The notes beneath the pieces were generated by a model. It was not told where the DNA came from and made no database searches. It saw only the letters and a program-made list of their open reading frames with translations. Shown piece by piece: positions 28,847 to 46,659 of a DNA stretch of 64,000 nt. Position 1 is the first letter of the stretch; every line of letters begins with the position of its first letter. Both the position numbers and the translations under genes were made by a program. Source of the DNA: the human T2T-CHM13v2.0 reference genome, Homo sapiens; NCBI RefSeq assembly GCF_009914755.1, contig NC_060945.1; one strand, 5' to 3'.

Positions 28847-29120
28847 GGCCAGGTGCAGTAGCTCATGCCCGTAATCCCAGCACTTTGGGGAACTGAGGCA
28901 GGTGGATCACTTGAGTCCAGGAGTTAGAGACCAGCCTGGACAACATGGTGAAACTCCATCTCCCCCAAAAAATACAGAAAATTAGCCAGGTATTGTGGCA
29001 CACACCTAGAGTCCCAGCTGCTCTGGAGGCTGAGGCAGGAGATCACTTGAGCCCAGGAGGCAGAGGCTGCATTGAGCCGAGATCACACTCCAGCCTTGGT
29101 GACAGAATGAGATCCTATCT

Positions 29121-29149
<29 letters not shown>
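28847..29149 (+). mobile_element. AluJ with a long pure A tail
   Basis: Perfect TSD aaaggctattcat (28834-46 / 29150-62). Confidence 0.92.
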
Positions 29150-29155
<6 letters not shown>

Positions 29156-29269
29156 TATTCATGAAACCAAATAATTTAAACATATGGTGAGCATATGAGC
29201 ATAGTATTCATAAGTGTTTCAGTTTTGAAAATCACATTTGTAATACCATTTTCAAATAATAATTATAAA

Positions 29270-30535
29270 ATTCAGCAAGTAGTGGTGGGAAAACTGAAAT
29301 ATCCACATGTAAAAGAATGATGCCGGACCCTTAGCTGAACGATATGAAAAAAATTGACTCAAAATGGATCAAAGATCTAAACTGAAGAGATAAAACTATA
29401 AAACGAAGAAGAAAACACAGGAGAAAATCCTTGTGACCAAACATTTGACAATGATTTCTTGGATATGACACCAAAAGCACAGGCAATAAAAGAAAAAAAT
29501 CAATAAACTAGATTTAACCAAAATGAACTCTTGCACATCAAAGGACACTATTAATAGAGTGCAGAAGCCCAGAGAATAGGAGTTAATACCCGCAAATCCC
29601 ACATCTGATAAGGCGTTCGCTCCTGTAACTCAACAACAGAAAGCAAACAACCCAACTCAAAAATGGGCAAAGGCCCTGAATAGACTTTTCTCCAAAGAAG
29701 AGATACAAACGGCCAATAAGCACAAGGAAAGATGCTCAACATTATTCGTCATTAGGGAAATGCAAATGAAAACCTCAATAAGATGCATTTCACACCCATT
29801 ATCAATGGCTATTATCAATAAAACAGAAAATAACAAATGTTGATGAACACGTGGAGAAACTGGAGCCCTTGGGCACTGCTGCCGGTGGGGATGTAAAGTG
29901 GTGCGGCTGCTGTGGAAAGCGGTTGGCAGTTCCTCAGAGAGCTACACACAGAATTACCATGTGATTCAGCAATTTCACTCCTAAGTACACACCCCAAAAA
30001 ATTGAAAGCAGAAATTCAAACAGATACCTGTACCCCAATGTTCACAGCAATACTATTAACAACAGCCAAAAGGTGAAAACAAGCCAAGTGTCCCTCAACA
30101 GATGGATGAATGAACGAAATGTGCTGTGTCCACACATGGGATGATACAGCCAGAAGAGGGAACGAGTTCTGACACACGCTACAACACGGATGAACCTTGA
30201 GGTCACGATGCTAAGTGAAATACGCCAGACCCAAAAGAACAAAGATCATATGACTGTACTTCTATGAGATGCGTGGAGTAGTCAAATGCATGGAGACAAA
30301 GAAGAGCAGATATTAGGGGCCAGGGGAGAAAGGTTTAGGGAATGTGTTGTTATATAACGGGTACAGAGTTTCTGTTTGGAATGAAGAAAAGTTTCAGAAA
30401 TAGATAATGGTAATGATTATAAAACACTATGACATACTTAATGCCACTGAGTCTTCACTTTAAAATGGTTAAAACATAAATTTTATATTAGGTATATTTA
30501 ACAATTTTTAAAACTTTTAAAATTACAAATTAAAA
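29270..30535 (+). mobile_element. L1MB-like ORF2 end and 3' UTR
   Basis: aaatggatcaaagatctaaa, gatgctcaacattattcgtcattagggaaatgcaa, gggtacagagtttctgtttgg. Confidence 0.88.
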
Positions 30536-31021
30536 AGGACAGTAACAACACTTTTCATCTCATAGCATGCACTAATTAGCACAAAGACTCCGATTTCTTA
30601 GTCTACATCTGGAGATAAATTTAAATGTGTGCATTCTCAGAGCAGAGAGGCAGCCATGGCTCTTAAAGATGAGAGTTTGTGAAGACAGAGGTGTACCAGT
30701 TATCTCTTGCCCTTCTTACCTGAGCCTGGACTCAAAAAGCATCCAAAGACCTTTCAATGCCCTATAGGATGCCACATCCTACACTACATCAGGGTCTATA
30801 CTCAGGATCCTACACTGGTTGGAGAAGTTCTGAGGCATTCTCAGCATCTATGCCATGGAAGAAAACAGAACAAACTTCAGGACTTCTCAGAAATTAGTAA
30901 GTCTGCAAAAGTTTTTATCAACCTTTTCCATTTATATTAACGTGTGGCAAAATAGCTAATGGCAGGTCCAGCCGAATCAATGGAATGGGCAGGCACATTT
31001 ACAAGCTTTATTCAAAACCTC

Positions 31022-31924
31022 TGTAAACCAAAAATAAAATTCTAAGCCCCTCAACCATCTGAATGGACCCCTCCTCTCAGCCAAGGGCCTTCCAAAGTTG
31101 GCCTGAAAAACTAGTTCAGGCCGTGATGGGAAGTGAAGGTCAGACATGCCTCATTATGTCATGATGGGACGTGGAGGTCAGACATGCCTCATTATGCCCT
31201 CCTCCCTTTGGAATTCAGGTACAACTGACTGGTATAAACATTAAAACAGAGATCTTGAGACTTTTTGTTGCAATCAGACACCAAATTCTAGCTTGACTCT
31301 AGTATAGCATCACATGACAGACACCAGGCCATGAAAGAAATCAAAATATTTTACCCAAAAATACATTTCTTTGACATATTTTGAAAGGGCCCTGCAAAGC
31401 TGTCTCTTGTGGGGAAAAATCTACATTCTGTAGAGAATCCTTTTCCTCTTCTCTGATCCAGGAGAGAATTAACTAAGAGTCTGGTACCTTAAGTCTGGTA
31501 AGAAACATTTCCAATCTATTCTCTCTGAAGCCTGCTACCTGAAGGCTTCATCTGCATAATAAAAACCTTGGTCTCCACAACAGATGCTCCCTCCTAGGGA
31601 TTCCAGGTCTTCTGATAATAACTTAACTCTTTTAACCAATTGCCGATTAGAAAATCTTTGAATCTGCCTATGACCTGGAACACGCCCCCCGCCCCCTCCA
31701 ATTGTCCCGCCTTTCCAGACAAAACGAATGTATCTTACATCCTACATCTATTGATTGATGTCTTATGTCTCCCTACAATGCATAAAACCGAACTGTGGCC
31801 CATCCACCTTGGGCACATGTTCCCAGAACTTCCTGGGGCTGTGTCACAGGCCATTGGTCACTCACATTTGGCTCAGAATAAGTCTCTTCAAATATTTTAC
31901 AGAGTTTGACTCTTTTCATCAACA
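31022..31924 (+). mobile_element. MER4D-type solo LTR, 903 bp
   Basis: tgtaaaccaaaaataaaattctaagcccc...gagtttgactcttttcatcaaca; TSD CCTC/CTTC. Confidence 0.85.
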
Positions 31925-32401
31925 CTTCCTTGACCCCGGCCTGACTTCCAGCCTTGGTCTAATTTTCTTCAGGCTCCAGACCTGTGATCCTATGCTTGGT
32001 ACTTTAATTAACTTTAAAATCCTCTGGAATGAGTGAATGGCACAGGCGATATAACTGTAGGGAACTAGAAGAACTCTGTGGCATGAGGCTTATCCCAAGC
32101 TATGCCACGAGGAGGCATGGGTCTCCAAAGCCCCCCACGAAGTCTCCATATTGCTCTCCGTCAGAACAAGGATTTGCTCTTTTCGGACTGAAGAGAAAGC
32201 AGCTCTGATGGTTAATGAGCTGCCAGACAGCAAGAGGAATGCTCGGAGCCATGTGGGGGAAGGGGTGAGGAAGGAGGGAGTCAAGTCTGACGTCGGGCCT
32301 GCCAGGTTTCACACCTTTACATACAAACTGATGGTACCAAGGAGAAAAATAGTTCCTTAACTTAATAAATGTAAGAGGAATTCTGTTAAAATTACATTTC
32401 A

Positions 32402-33002
<601 letters not shown>

Positions 33003-33975
33003 ACATTTCAAAATATATGCACTATTTTACTTTGTCTGATTTTAAAATTCACGAGATCTGCAAAGTACATGCTTTTTATGAATACCTTTTAAAAAACTGA
33101 GTAGGTTTTCTTTAGATAACTAGTTGTAGAAAAATTAAAGAACCTGTGTTTTCCTGTTGACCTTCATATGAAGAGCAGGAGGCAGATCACTCCTTAAAAC
33201 TGGCCTTATGTACTTTTCCTAGGATATACATTCAAAATATGGAGTTGTCACATGTTTCTTCCTAAAAGAGTTTTCGTAAGAACTCTTGCTATTCTTAGCA
33301 CCTCAAAATCAGGAGAAAAGAAATGATCCTTCTTAAACACATCCATCCACTAATTAGCTAAACTACACAACATCCAAGAGTCTGGCCAACGCTCACTCCT
33401 CTCTATACACTGTTGACCCCATCTCTGGCAGAAAGAGGTCCTGTAGTTCTAGAGGCAGCATTCCCCATTACCTTATTAAATAAATAGCAATCAAAAAGAA
33501 GATAGCACCATGCTATTAAGTATAGAAACACAACATTCTTAATTTTATTCACCAATAATCAGGACCTACAGAACCACACAGCACAGATGGATCGATTTCT
33601 GCCTCCATGAATTTTAAATTGCCTTTTGCAACATTCCTCTGGCTCAGATGAGCTAGTGTTCCACAATATGCTGGCTCGTGAAATCCAAGCAACTGTGCCT
33701 TCCTCTACACTTCTTCACTCAGCCTCAGCCTTAAATTGCACACTGCCTATAAAAATGTACTTAAAAGAAAAATGAAGTTACTCTAAAATGCCATATGCAA
33801 CAAAACAGCTTATTCTTGTAGATGGGGCTGCCACTGGTGGGGTGCACCTGCATTTGTTTTGCTCTTACAGCATGCCCAGAGCCCAGCAGCCCTCCAGCAT
33901 CACACCGAAGGAAGCAGCCCAGGAAAAGAAGGGAATGTGTTCACGTGACGTGACTTTAAGGATTGATTTAAATGG

Positions 33976-34344
33976 TGACATGGTTACGCTTTGCGTCCCC
34001 ACCCATATCGCATCCTGAATTATAATCCCCATAATTCCCATGTGTCAAGGGAGAGACCAGGTGGAGGTGACTGGATTATGGGGGCGGTTTCCCCCATGCT
34101 GTTCTCGTGATAGTGAGTTCTCAAGAGAGCTGATGGTTTTATAAATATTTGGTAGGTTCTCCTGCATTCATTCTCCTTCCTGCCACCTTGAGAAGAAGGT
34201 GCCTTGCTTCCCCTTCAACCATGATTGTAAGTTTCCTGAGACCTCCCCAGCCACAGTGAACTGTGAGTCAATTAAACCTCTTTCCTCTATAAATTACCAA
34301 GTCCCAGGCATTTCTTTACAGCAGTGTGAAAGCAGACTAATACA
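33976..34344 (+). mobile_element. THE1D-type MaLR solo LTR
   Basis: tgacatggtt...caagggagagaccaggtggagg...cagactaataca; 5-bp TSD AATGG/AAAGG. Confidence 0.88.
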
Positions 34345-34734
34345 AAAGGCAACTCTCACCAATCATGGTGTCCATGAGAAATGAAGTGTATTCTCCCTTG
34401 CTCTCTGCCAGTGGCCTAGAAAACAAGCTGGATGGCAACCAGTAGGTAGATAACACAGACATGGCAGGGCCCTGGCATACAGGCACACCCATGCACAAAA
34501 AGGGAGCTGGAACTATCATTTCATTTATGGAATCTCAACTAACTGCATGTGTTCTAATCTATTATACAAGTTGTTTTTACAGCATTTGTTATAAGAAAAA
34601 TAGGACTTCTAAGTTTATAGCCAAAGGGCCCAGAACAGTTTAAGGAAGAGTTTTTTTTCCACCAACCAAGAGTAGCATGGTAATATGCAGAAATCTAACT
34701 TCCTAATATCAAGTTTAGATTTTAGACAGCAAGG

Positions 34735-35303
34735 GTCGTAATACAACTCTTCTGATTTTCTTTATTCAAAAATAAAAGAGGCACAAAAAATATAGAACTA
34801 AAATGCCCAATGTCATCCGAAATAGCAGGTTCACCAAAAGGTTATAAAAGTAAACTTGCATTTTGGGGGGATTAATTACAATTACTAGAGAGAGAATGAA
34901 TTGCTTTTCAAAGAAATGTATCTCAAGAAAATGCTGACTAATGGGGTAGATGGTTATTCAATTTCCCTGTTTTATAGGTGAACCTACAGGTCATGGTCTG
35001 CTGAGCAGCAAGAAGCTGCCCTAAGCAAGCCCTCTTCCAGCCAGCACAGACATGGACCACTTTTCCAGAAGGACAGGTTCTTTCATGGCCTCTCCTTTGG
35101 CAAGCTTAACCAACCACCTACAAGCACTCTCACTTCCAAGACAAAGTTATGTGGGATACATATCAATTCATGTCCATCTCTAGTCAATCACATTTTGCCA
35201 ACTCTAACACATGGTACATGGTGATGGTTTTGGAGTATCAAATGAGGGATCTGGGGAGAAGGGACACCGGCATTTTCACCAAAACCCTGGTGGCCGAGCA
35301 CAC
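34735..35303 (-). other. HSF2BP: HSF2BP 3' UTR (cleavage site approximate)
   Basis: Unique sequence between the stop codon and the first minus-strand AATAAA I noticed (34761-34766). Confidence 0.75.
34761..34766 (-). terminator. HSF2BP: Polyadenylation signal AATAAA of HSF2BP
   Basis: Plus-strand TTTATT about 540 nt downstream of the stop codon. Confidence 0.75.
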
Positions 35304-35512
35304 CTACACATTATGCTCCAGAGTGCGGAGATCTTCCAGGAGCTCCTGGGCTGCGGTTTGCAGGCGGGGGTTGCGGCTCTTGGACATTGCCAGGATGCGT
35401 TGCAGGGGCAGGGAGCTCCGGAACTCAGAGGCCGACTTGGAGAAGACTTCAGGTTCCAGAACCACAGACTGGACAAGCCTCAGTACATGAAGGCACACCT
35501 CTGCATCTGGAT
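35304..35512 (-). CDS. HSF2BP: Terminal coding exon of heat shock factor 2-binding protein / MEILB2 (meiotic BRCA2 partner); last 69 aa of the armadillo region plus TAG
   Basis: Translation (D)PDAEVCLHVLRLVQSVVLEPEVFSKSASEFRSSLPLQRILAMSKSRNPRLQTAAQELLEDLRTLEHNV* matches the recalled human HSF2BP C-terminus. Acceptor is ...ctcttttccctag|AT (AG at 35514-35513), phase 1. Stop TAG at 35304-35306. Confidence 0.95.
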
Positions 35513-35545
35513 CTAGGGAAAAGAGGTAATGCTTCTGGTTAGAAT
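35513..35545 (-). promoter_or_regulatory. HSF2BP: 3' splice site of the HSF2BP last intron with candidate branch point CTAAC (35538-35542)
   Basis: Minus strand reads attctaaccagaagcattacctcttttccctag|ATCC. Confidence 0.8.
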
Positions 35546-35547
35546 AA

Positions 35548-35939
<392 letters not shown>

Positions 35940-36131
35940 TGAATAACACGTTTGACAGTTTAGAAAACTACAGGATAACCCAGAAACACAGTCACTGCTT
36001 GATATAAAAGCTTAGCTCATAAAAGCAGCATCAAAAAACTCAATAGTCTAATAACCATCATCTTCAAATATTACAGTCATACAATTTTAAAGTGTTAAAC
36101 TAGAAAGATGAGGGCTTTCTCTGTTTGCTAG

Positions 36132-36831
36132 TGAGGACTAAACTCTGATTTTTTTTATCTTGCCCAAATTCCTATCTAAGGGGTCTGGGGAGTCATGTCC
36201 TACAAATCACAAATTCTCATCAGATGGGTTTTATTTAACCCTATATATCATGACTTTCCAACCTGACTCTGGCATAACATTATGAGACAAGAAAGAAAAT
36301 AAAAATACTTTACCCCAAAATATGTTTCTTTGCCATATTTTGAAATGGCCCTGCAAAGCTGTTCTTTGTGGGGGAAAATCTGCATTTGTAAAGAATCTCT
36401 ACTAACATAGCTAGATCTTTTTCTTCGAGACCCTCCTAATCCTAAAGAGATTAACTAAGATCTGAATAGGAAACATCTGTCATCTATTGTCTCTAAGGCA
36501 GCCACCATAAGACTTCAAAAGAACTTGGATGTCCACAATCTTTACCTTAACCTGAACATTCCCTTTCTATCAATCCCAGGTCTTTATCAATCAGAAAATG
36601 TTTAAATTCACCTATAGCCTGGAAGCCCCACGCCCCCCAGCTTTGTCCCACTTTTCTGGACCAAACCAATGTATTTCTTAAATGTTTTTGATTGATGTCT
36701 CACACCTCTCTAAAATGTATAAAGCCAAGCCGCACCCAACTACCTTGGGCACATGTTCTCAGGACCTCACTCATATTTGGCTCAGAACAAATCTCTTCAA
36801 ATATTTTGCAGAGTTTGACTCTTTGTCGACA
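36132..36831 (+). mobile_element. MER4C/E-type solo LTR
   Basis: tgaggactaaactctgatttttttt...gagtttgactctttgtcgaca; TSD CTAG/GTAG. Confidence 0.85.
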
Positions 36832-37744
36832 GTAGCATTCTGTCCACTTATAAGATTGTTTTAAAAAGTATTACTTCTTTTTCACTCCAATTGCAGCAAA
36901 TCCCTCAGGGACCACATACAGATACAGCACTTATCAGGGCCACTGAGTTTACACAATGTCACTGGGTATATAAAATTCACGTTGTTTATTTTCCATGGGA
37001 ATGGCCCCAGGACTTATAGAATCTGGTAGCCTTGCATACATTGTAGCAACCACTAAAAAATAGCTAGACAAACCCACTGGAAGCTTCAATCCATCACCAG
37101 AGTGGAGCCAACTTTCCTTACCATTCCTCTCTACTGGCAGCCTTTACGATGCCGTAAATTCACTCCTTGACTGGGTACTGCAACTGGAACCAGGCTCAAA
37201 ATCAGCACCTCTTTCTTAGCACATTTACTTAACAAATAAAAAAATTAAAAAAAAACCTTTTAAGATGTAGACTGAAAGAGCAGACTGAACAGTCTCTCAG
37301 TGGGAGCTGCCACAGCACTAAGCCCTAACAAGAAGCTTCTCACCTACAGAATCAGAAGACTGCTGTGGCCAGGGAAGATAAAAGGCAATCTGCTCTAGCC
37401 CTCAGGGAGGGTCCAGGAGCCATCTTAAGCCAGCCTGTTAGAGTCCTCCTACTTTGGGGGAAGGGAGGGGAACTTTCTCTAGTAGAGACCTGCCAAAGAT
37501 AAGGGGCAGCTAAGGCAGACACAGAGGCAAGGCCAAAAGCCATGGGTGAAGACGCTTTGGCAACTCAGCCCTCATCCTAAGCTCAAGGAAAGGTTAGAGG
37601 AATTTGAAGCCAGTGGGATGGAAGGTACATACACAACAACAAAACCCAGACCCACCTTAACTCCCCAACAATGAAAACCCAGCGGAAAAAGAGGAGTGGC
37701 CATTCCTGAATATAACACTATCTACCCACCTCATTCCCCTCTAC

Positions 37745-38771
<1,027 letters not shown>

Positions 38772-38939
38772 TCAACAGAAGCAGACACACAGATAACCTG
38801 GAATAATAATACAGGAATTTCAGAAAAAGAATCTGAAATAAATATGATCAATAGATGGGAAAACACTGTTTTAAGGTACTTACACTATACCTGAAGCAGC
38901 GGATTATTATTTAAAGGTAAACAGTCATGCAATGTATAA

Positions 38940-41415
<2,476 letters not shown>

Positions 41416-41523
41416 ATGAGTTATATGCTGAGATAGTTTTATGTCACAACTCATACAATTGTCTACTAACAAGTGAATTTTGTTCTATGTAAATTATAAC
41501 TCAACAAATCTGGCTTTATATTA

Positions 41524-41850
<327 letters not shown>

Positions 41851-41926
41851 AAATTAGATCCCTGGACCCTCTCCCCTATTCCCTGCCTCTGGAAAAATGC
41901 CCTTCCCTAGTAGAGACTGGACATTT

Positions 41927-42229
41927 CTTTTCTTTTCTTTTTTTTTGTGAGACAGAGTCTCACTCTGTCACCCAGGCTGGAGTGTAGTGACGTAATCTCA
42001 GCTCACCGCAACCTCCGCCTCCCAGTTCAAGTGATTGTCCTGCCTCAGCATCCTGAGTAGCTGGGATCACAGGCACCTGCCACCACACCCAGCTAATTTT
42101 TATATTTTTAGTAGAGACGGGGTTTCATCATGTTGGCCAGTCTGGTTTCGAACTCCTGACCTCAGGTGATCCGCCCACCTCAGCCTCCCAAAGTGCTGGG
42201 ATTAGAGGTGTGAACCACCCCACCTGGCC
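41927..42229 (-). mobile_element. AluS
   Basis: TSD tggacattt at 41918-26 / 42230-38. Confidence 0.92.
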
Positions 42230-43179
42230 TGGACATTTATTTTCTAAAGAATCTCTGGAGGTGAAACATCAGGCACAATTGAGGATGGAGGTTCTGTCTG
42301 GAAAACATGTGGATTAGATAAACACATACCTACAAGCTCTAAGACATTCCCTCTATCTCTACTTTGTTTCCGGAGTTTATAGGCCTTCATCCCTCCAGAA
42401 ATAAGGGTGGGTGAGTCTTCTCCAGACAATCTGAACAACCCAAGACAACACAGTCGAAGATACTGACCTATGGGTTCCCAATTAATTGATGCACCAGCTC
42501 ACACTGCAGAAAAGTTCAGAAGCTCCACCCATATGCTCACAGCTTCCAATCGGCATTATAAATCCCACTGTTAAACATGACCAGACAACCACACATCACC
42601 AGACACCTGAGAAAAAGATAAATGGCTATCATTTTAAACAGGAACAAAAGGAGGACAAAGAAAAGAGATTGTGCAGTGAGAAGAAAAGTTTTAAAAAACT
42701 ATTATTAATATCTTCCTCAAGGAGGTAAAAGAAGCTATATCATCTGTTAAACAAGAATGGGATGCTATTTTTTAAGACAATTAAAAATAAACAGCAGTCT
42801 TAGAAATTAAATGCCTGAGAGTAGAGATGAAAACTTCAATAGGAAGTATGAAAAAAGAAGTTGAGAGTACAGATGTCCCCTCTTATCTGTTGCTAAAACT
42901 TTCTGTGGTAGTGCCGGCATGTGTCAAATACAATCAAACTTGTTCCTGTCAGGTGCTTTCTGACAGTGGCAAAGCTCTCAGGGCACACACTGAGCATTCC
43001 CTCCTCCTATGGGCTTCCTGGCCACCTCCAAAGCACATATGGATTCTGGACCATGTCAGCCACATCTTAGGCAATGCCCCAGGCTCCTTGAGCACCTAGG
43101 AACATGGAGTCATCGAGCAGCAACATAAGCCCATTCTTACAAGCTTCAAAGAACAAGAAGGCAAAAAAAAAAAAAAAAT

Positions 43180-44455
<1,276 letters not shown>

Positions 44456-44485
44456 CTCAGTAGAGCAATTCCAGCTCCAACATGC

Positions 44486-45251
44486 TGAGAACTAAGCTCC
44501 GATTTTTTAAATCTTGCCCAAATTCCTACCTAAGGGGTCTGGGGAGTCATGCCCTACAAACCATGGATTCTCATCAGATGAGTTGTATTTGACCCTATAT
44601 ATTGTGACTTACTTTTCAATCTGACTCTGGCATAACATTATGAGACAAGGACAAAATATTTAACTCCAAAATATATTTCCTTGCCATGCCCTGAAATTGC
44701 CCTGCAAAGTCTTTTGTGGGAAAAATCCACATTCTACAGAGAATCCCCTTCCTCTTTTATTTTCCTTCCTTTCTTTGCAGATCCAGGAGATAATCAATTA
44801 AGAGCCAGGCACCCTTTTAGGTCTGATAAAAAACAATTTACAACCTGCTCTCTCTGAAGTCTGCTATCTACGGGCTTCCTCTGCACAATAAAACTTGGTC
44901 TCCGCAATCCTTTATCTTTAACCTGAACATTCCTTTCCATTGATCCTAGGTCTTCAGACAACCTCAACCAGTTGTCACCCAGAAAATGTTTAAATTTACC
45001 TATCACTTGAAAGCCCCTGCTTTGGGTTGTCCACCTTTCTAAACTAAACCAACGTAATTCTTAAACATATTTGATTGATGTCTCATGCCTTCCTAAAATA
45101 CATTAAACCAAGCTGTACCTCAACCACCTTGAGCTGAATGTTCTCAGGACTTCCTGAGGGCCGTGTCACAGGCCCTCATTATGGTCACTCATAATTAGCT
45201 CAGAATAAATCCCTTCAAATATTTTACAGAGTTTGACACTTTTTGTCAACA
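44486..45251 (+). mobile_element. MER4C/E-type solo LTR, 766 bp
   Basis: tgagaactaagctccgatttttt...gagtttgacactttttgtcaaca; perfect TSD ATGC. Confidence 0.87.
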
Positions 45252-45255
45252 ATGC

Positions 45256-46245
45256 AAAGAGCTTAGAAATCAGCACTTCCATCCTTCACTAAGAAAAGCA
45301 GAACAAACAAATCAATGACTTTTCTTGGACCCATCAAAGAATTAAGGCCACCATGAAATCTGGAGAGTCACAACAAGATCTGCTTCCCTGGAGGAAAAGC
45401 TGCTGTAGCCATACCGGTGGGAACATTTAAATGACAAATTGTTGGAAGCTGAGGGTGGACAACCATGAGAATCAGGAACTCCTGGGGGTCGCAGTCTTAG
45501 GGGGGCCCCATATTTTTGTGGATTTTGTCTCTAGGAACCCCATGAGGTTCTCAAAGTGCGAAGAAAGCTCCCTCGTGGCTCTGGCAGGGGGACAGGAAGA
45601 GTAGCCATTATGAATACACCCTGTTTCCAGGGAAAGACCTCACCAGAGCCTTATCTCACCTAAAGGGAAGGGCTTTTCTCCCACTCCAGGCCTCTCTGCC
45701 ATCCCTGACTTACCTAAGCAGGGGAGGGGGTTAAGAAACACTTTTGAAGACCAAAGCCCAGAGACACAGGCCCACTAAAAGATTGAGATGATAAATACTT
45801 CTCCTCTCCACACACACCTTAAATCATACCAACAGAGATGAGAGAGCATAACACGCAACAGGGATTTTTAAAACGGTATTATAGCTGAGAGAGCTGAAAG
45901 ACATCAATTCCATCTAAGGAGGAATTCTTAGGGAAACCCAAAGGGAAGAGGGGAGAATAAACAAGGATGCTAGAAGAGTATAAAGCCTCTGTCCCCTACA
46001 GTAAACACAGCCCAACTCCTAGCCAGATTACCAAAACACCTCACGCTAAAGGCCTATTTTCCTCAGTCCCCATTACACAATAAATCATGTCCAGCTTTCA
46101 ACCAAAAATTGCAAGGCATTCTAAAAGGAAAGAAAAATCACAGTCTGACGAGACAAACCAAGCATCAGAACCAGCTGCACAGATGACAGATTTTAGAAGT
46201 ATCAGATAGGGAATTCAGAATATCTATGATTAATATGCTAATGGC
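45256..46245 (+). mobile_element. Old L1M 5' region / ORF1 start (tentative)
   Basis: atgtccagctttcaaccaaaaattgcaaggcat...aagcatcagaaccag...atcagatagggaattc resemble L1M ORF1-proximal sequence. Confidence 0.55.
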
Positions 46246-46247
46246 TT

Positions 46248-46659
46248 TGTATTAGTTTGCCCAGCCTGCCATAACAAAATACCACAAACTGGGTGGCTTA
46301 ACAACATGAATTTATTTTCTCACAGTCTCTAGAGGCTGGAAGTCTGAGATCAAGTTCTCAGCAGGCCTGCTTTCCTCTGAGACCTCCCTCCTTGGCTTGC
46401 AGACGCCACCCTCTTGCTGCCTCTTCATGTGGTCATCCCTCTGTGCACACAGGCCCCTGGGGTTTCTCCATGTATCTTCATCTTCTCTTCTTATAAAGAC
46501 ACCAGTCTCACTGGACTAGGGTCCACCCTAATGGCCCAATTTTACTCTAATGAAAAGTCCCTATCTCTAAATACATTAACATTCTGAGAGACTGAGGGTT
46601 AGAACCTCAACATATAAATGGGGGGTGGGGAGGGGGAGAACACAATTCAATATATAACA
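46248..46659 (-). mobile_element. MLT1 (B/C-like) solo LTR
   Basis: tgtattagtttgcc...ataacaaaataccacaaactgggtggcttaa...gaggctggaagtctgagatcaag...cacaattcaa. Confidence 0.85.
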
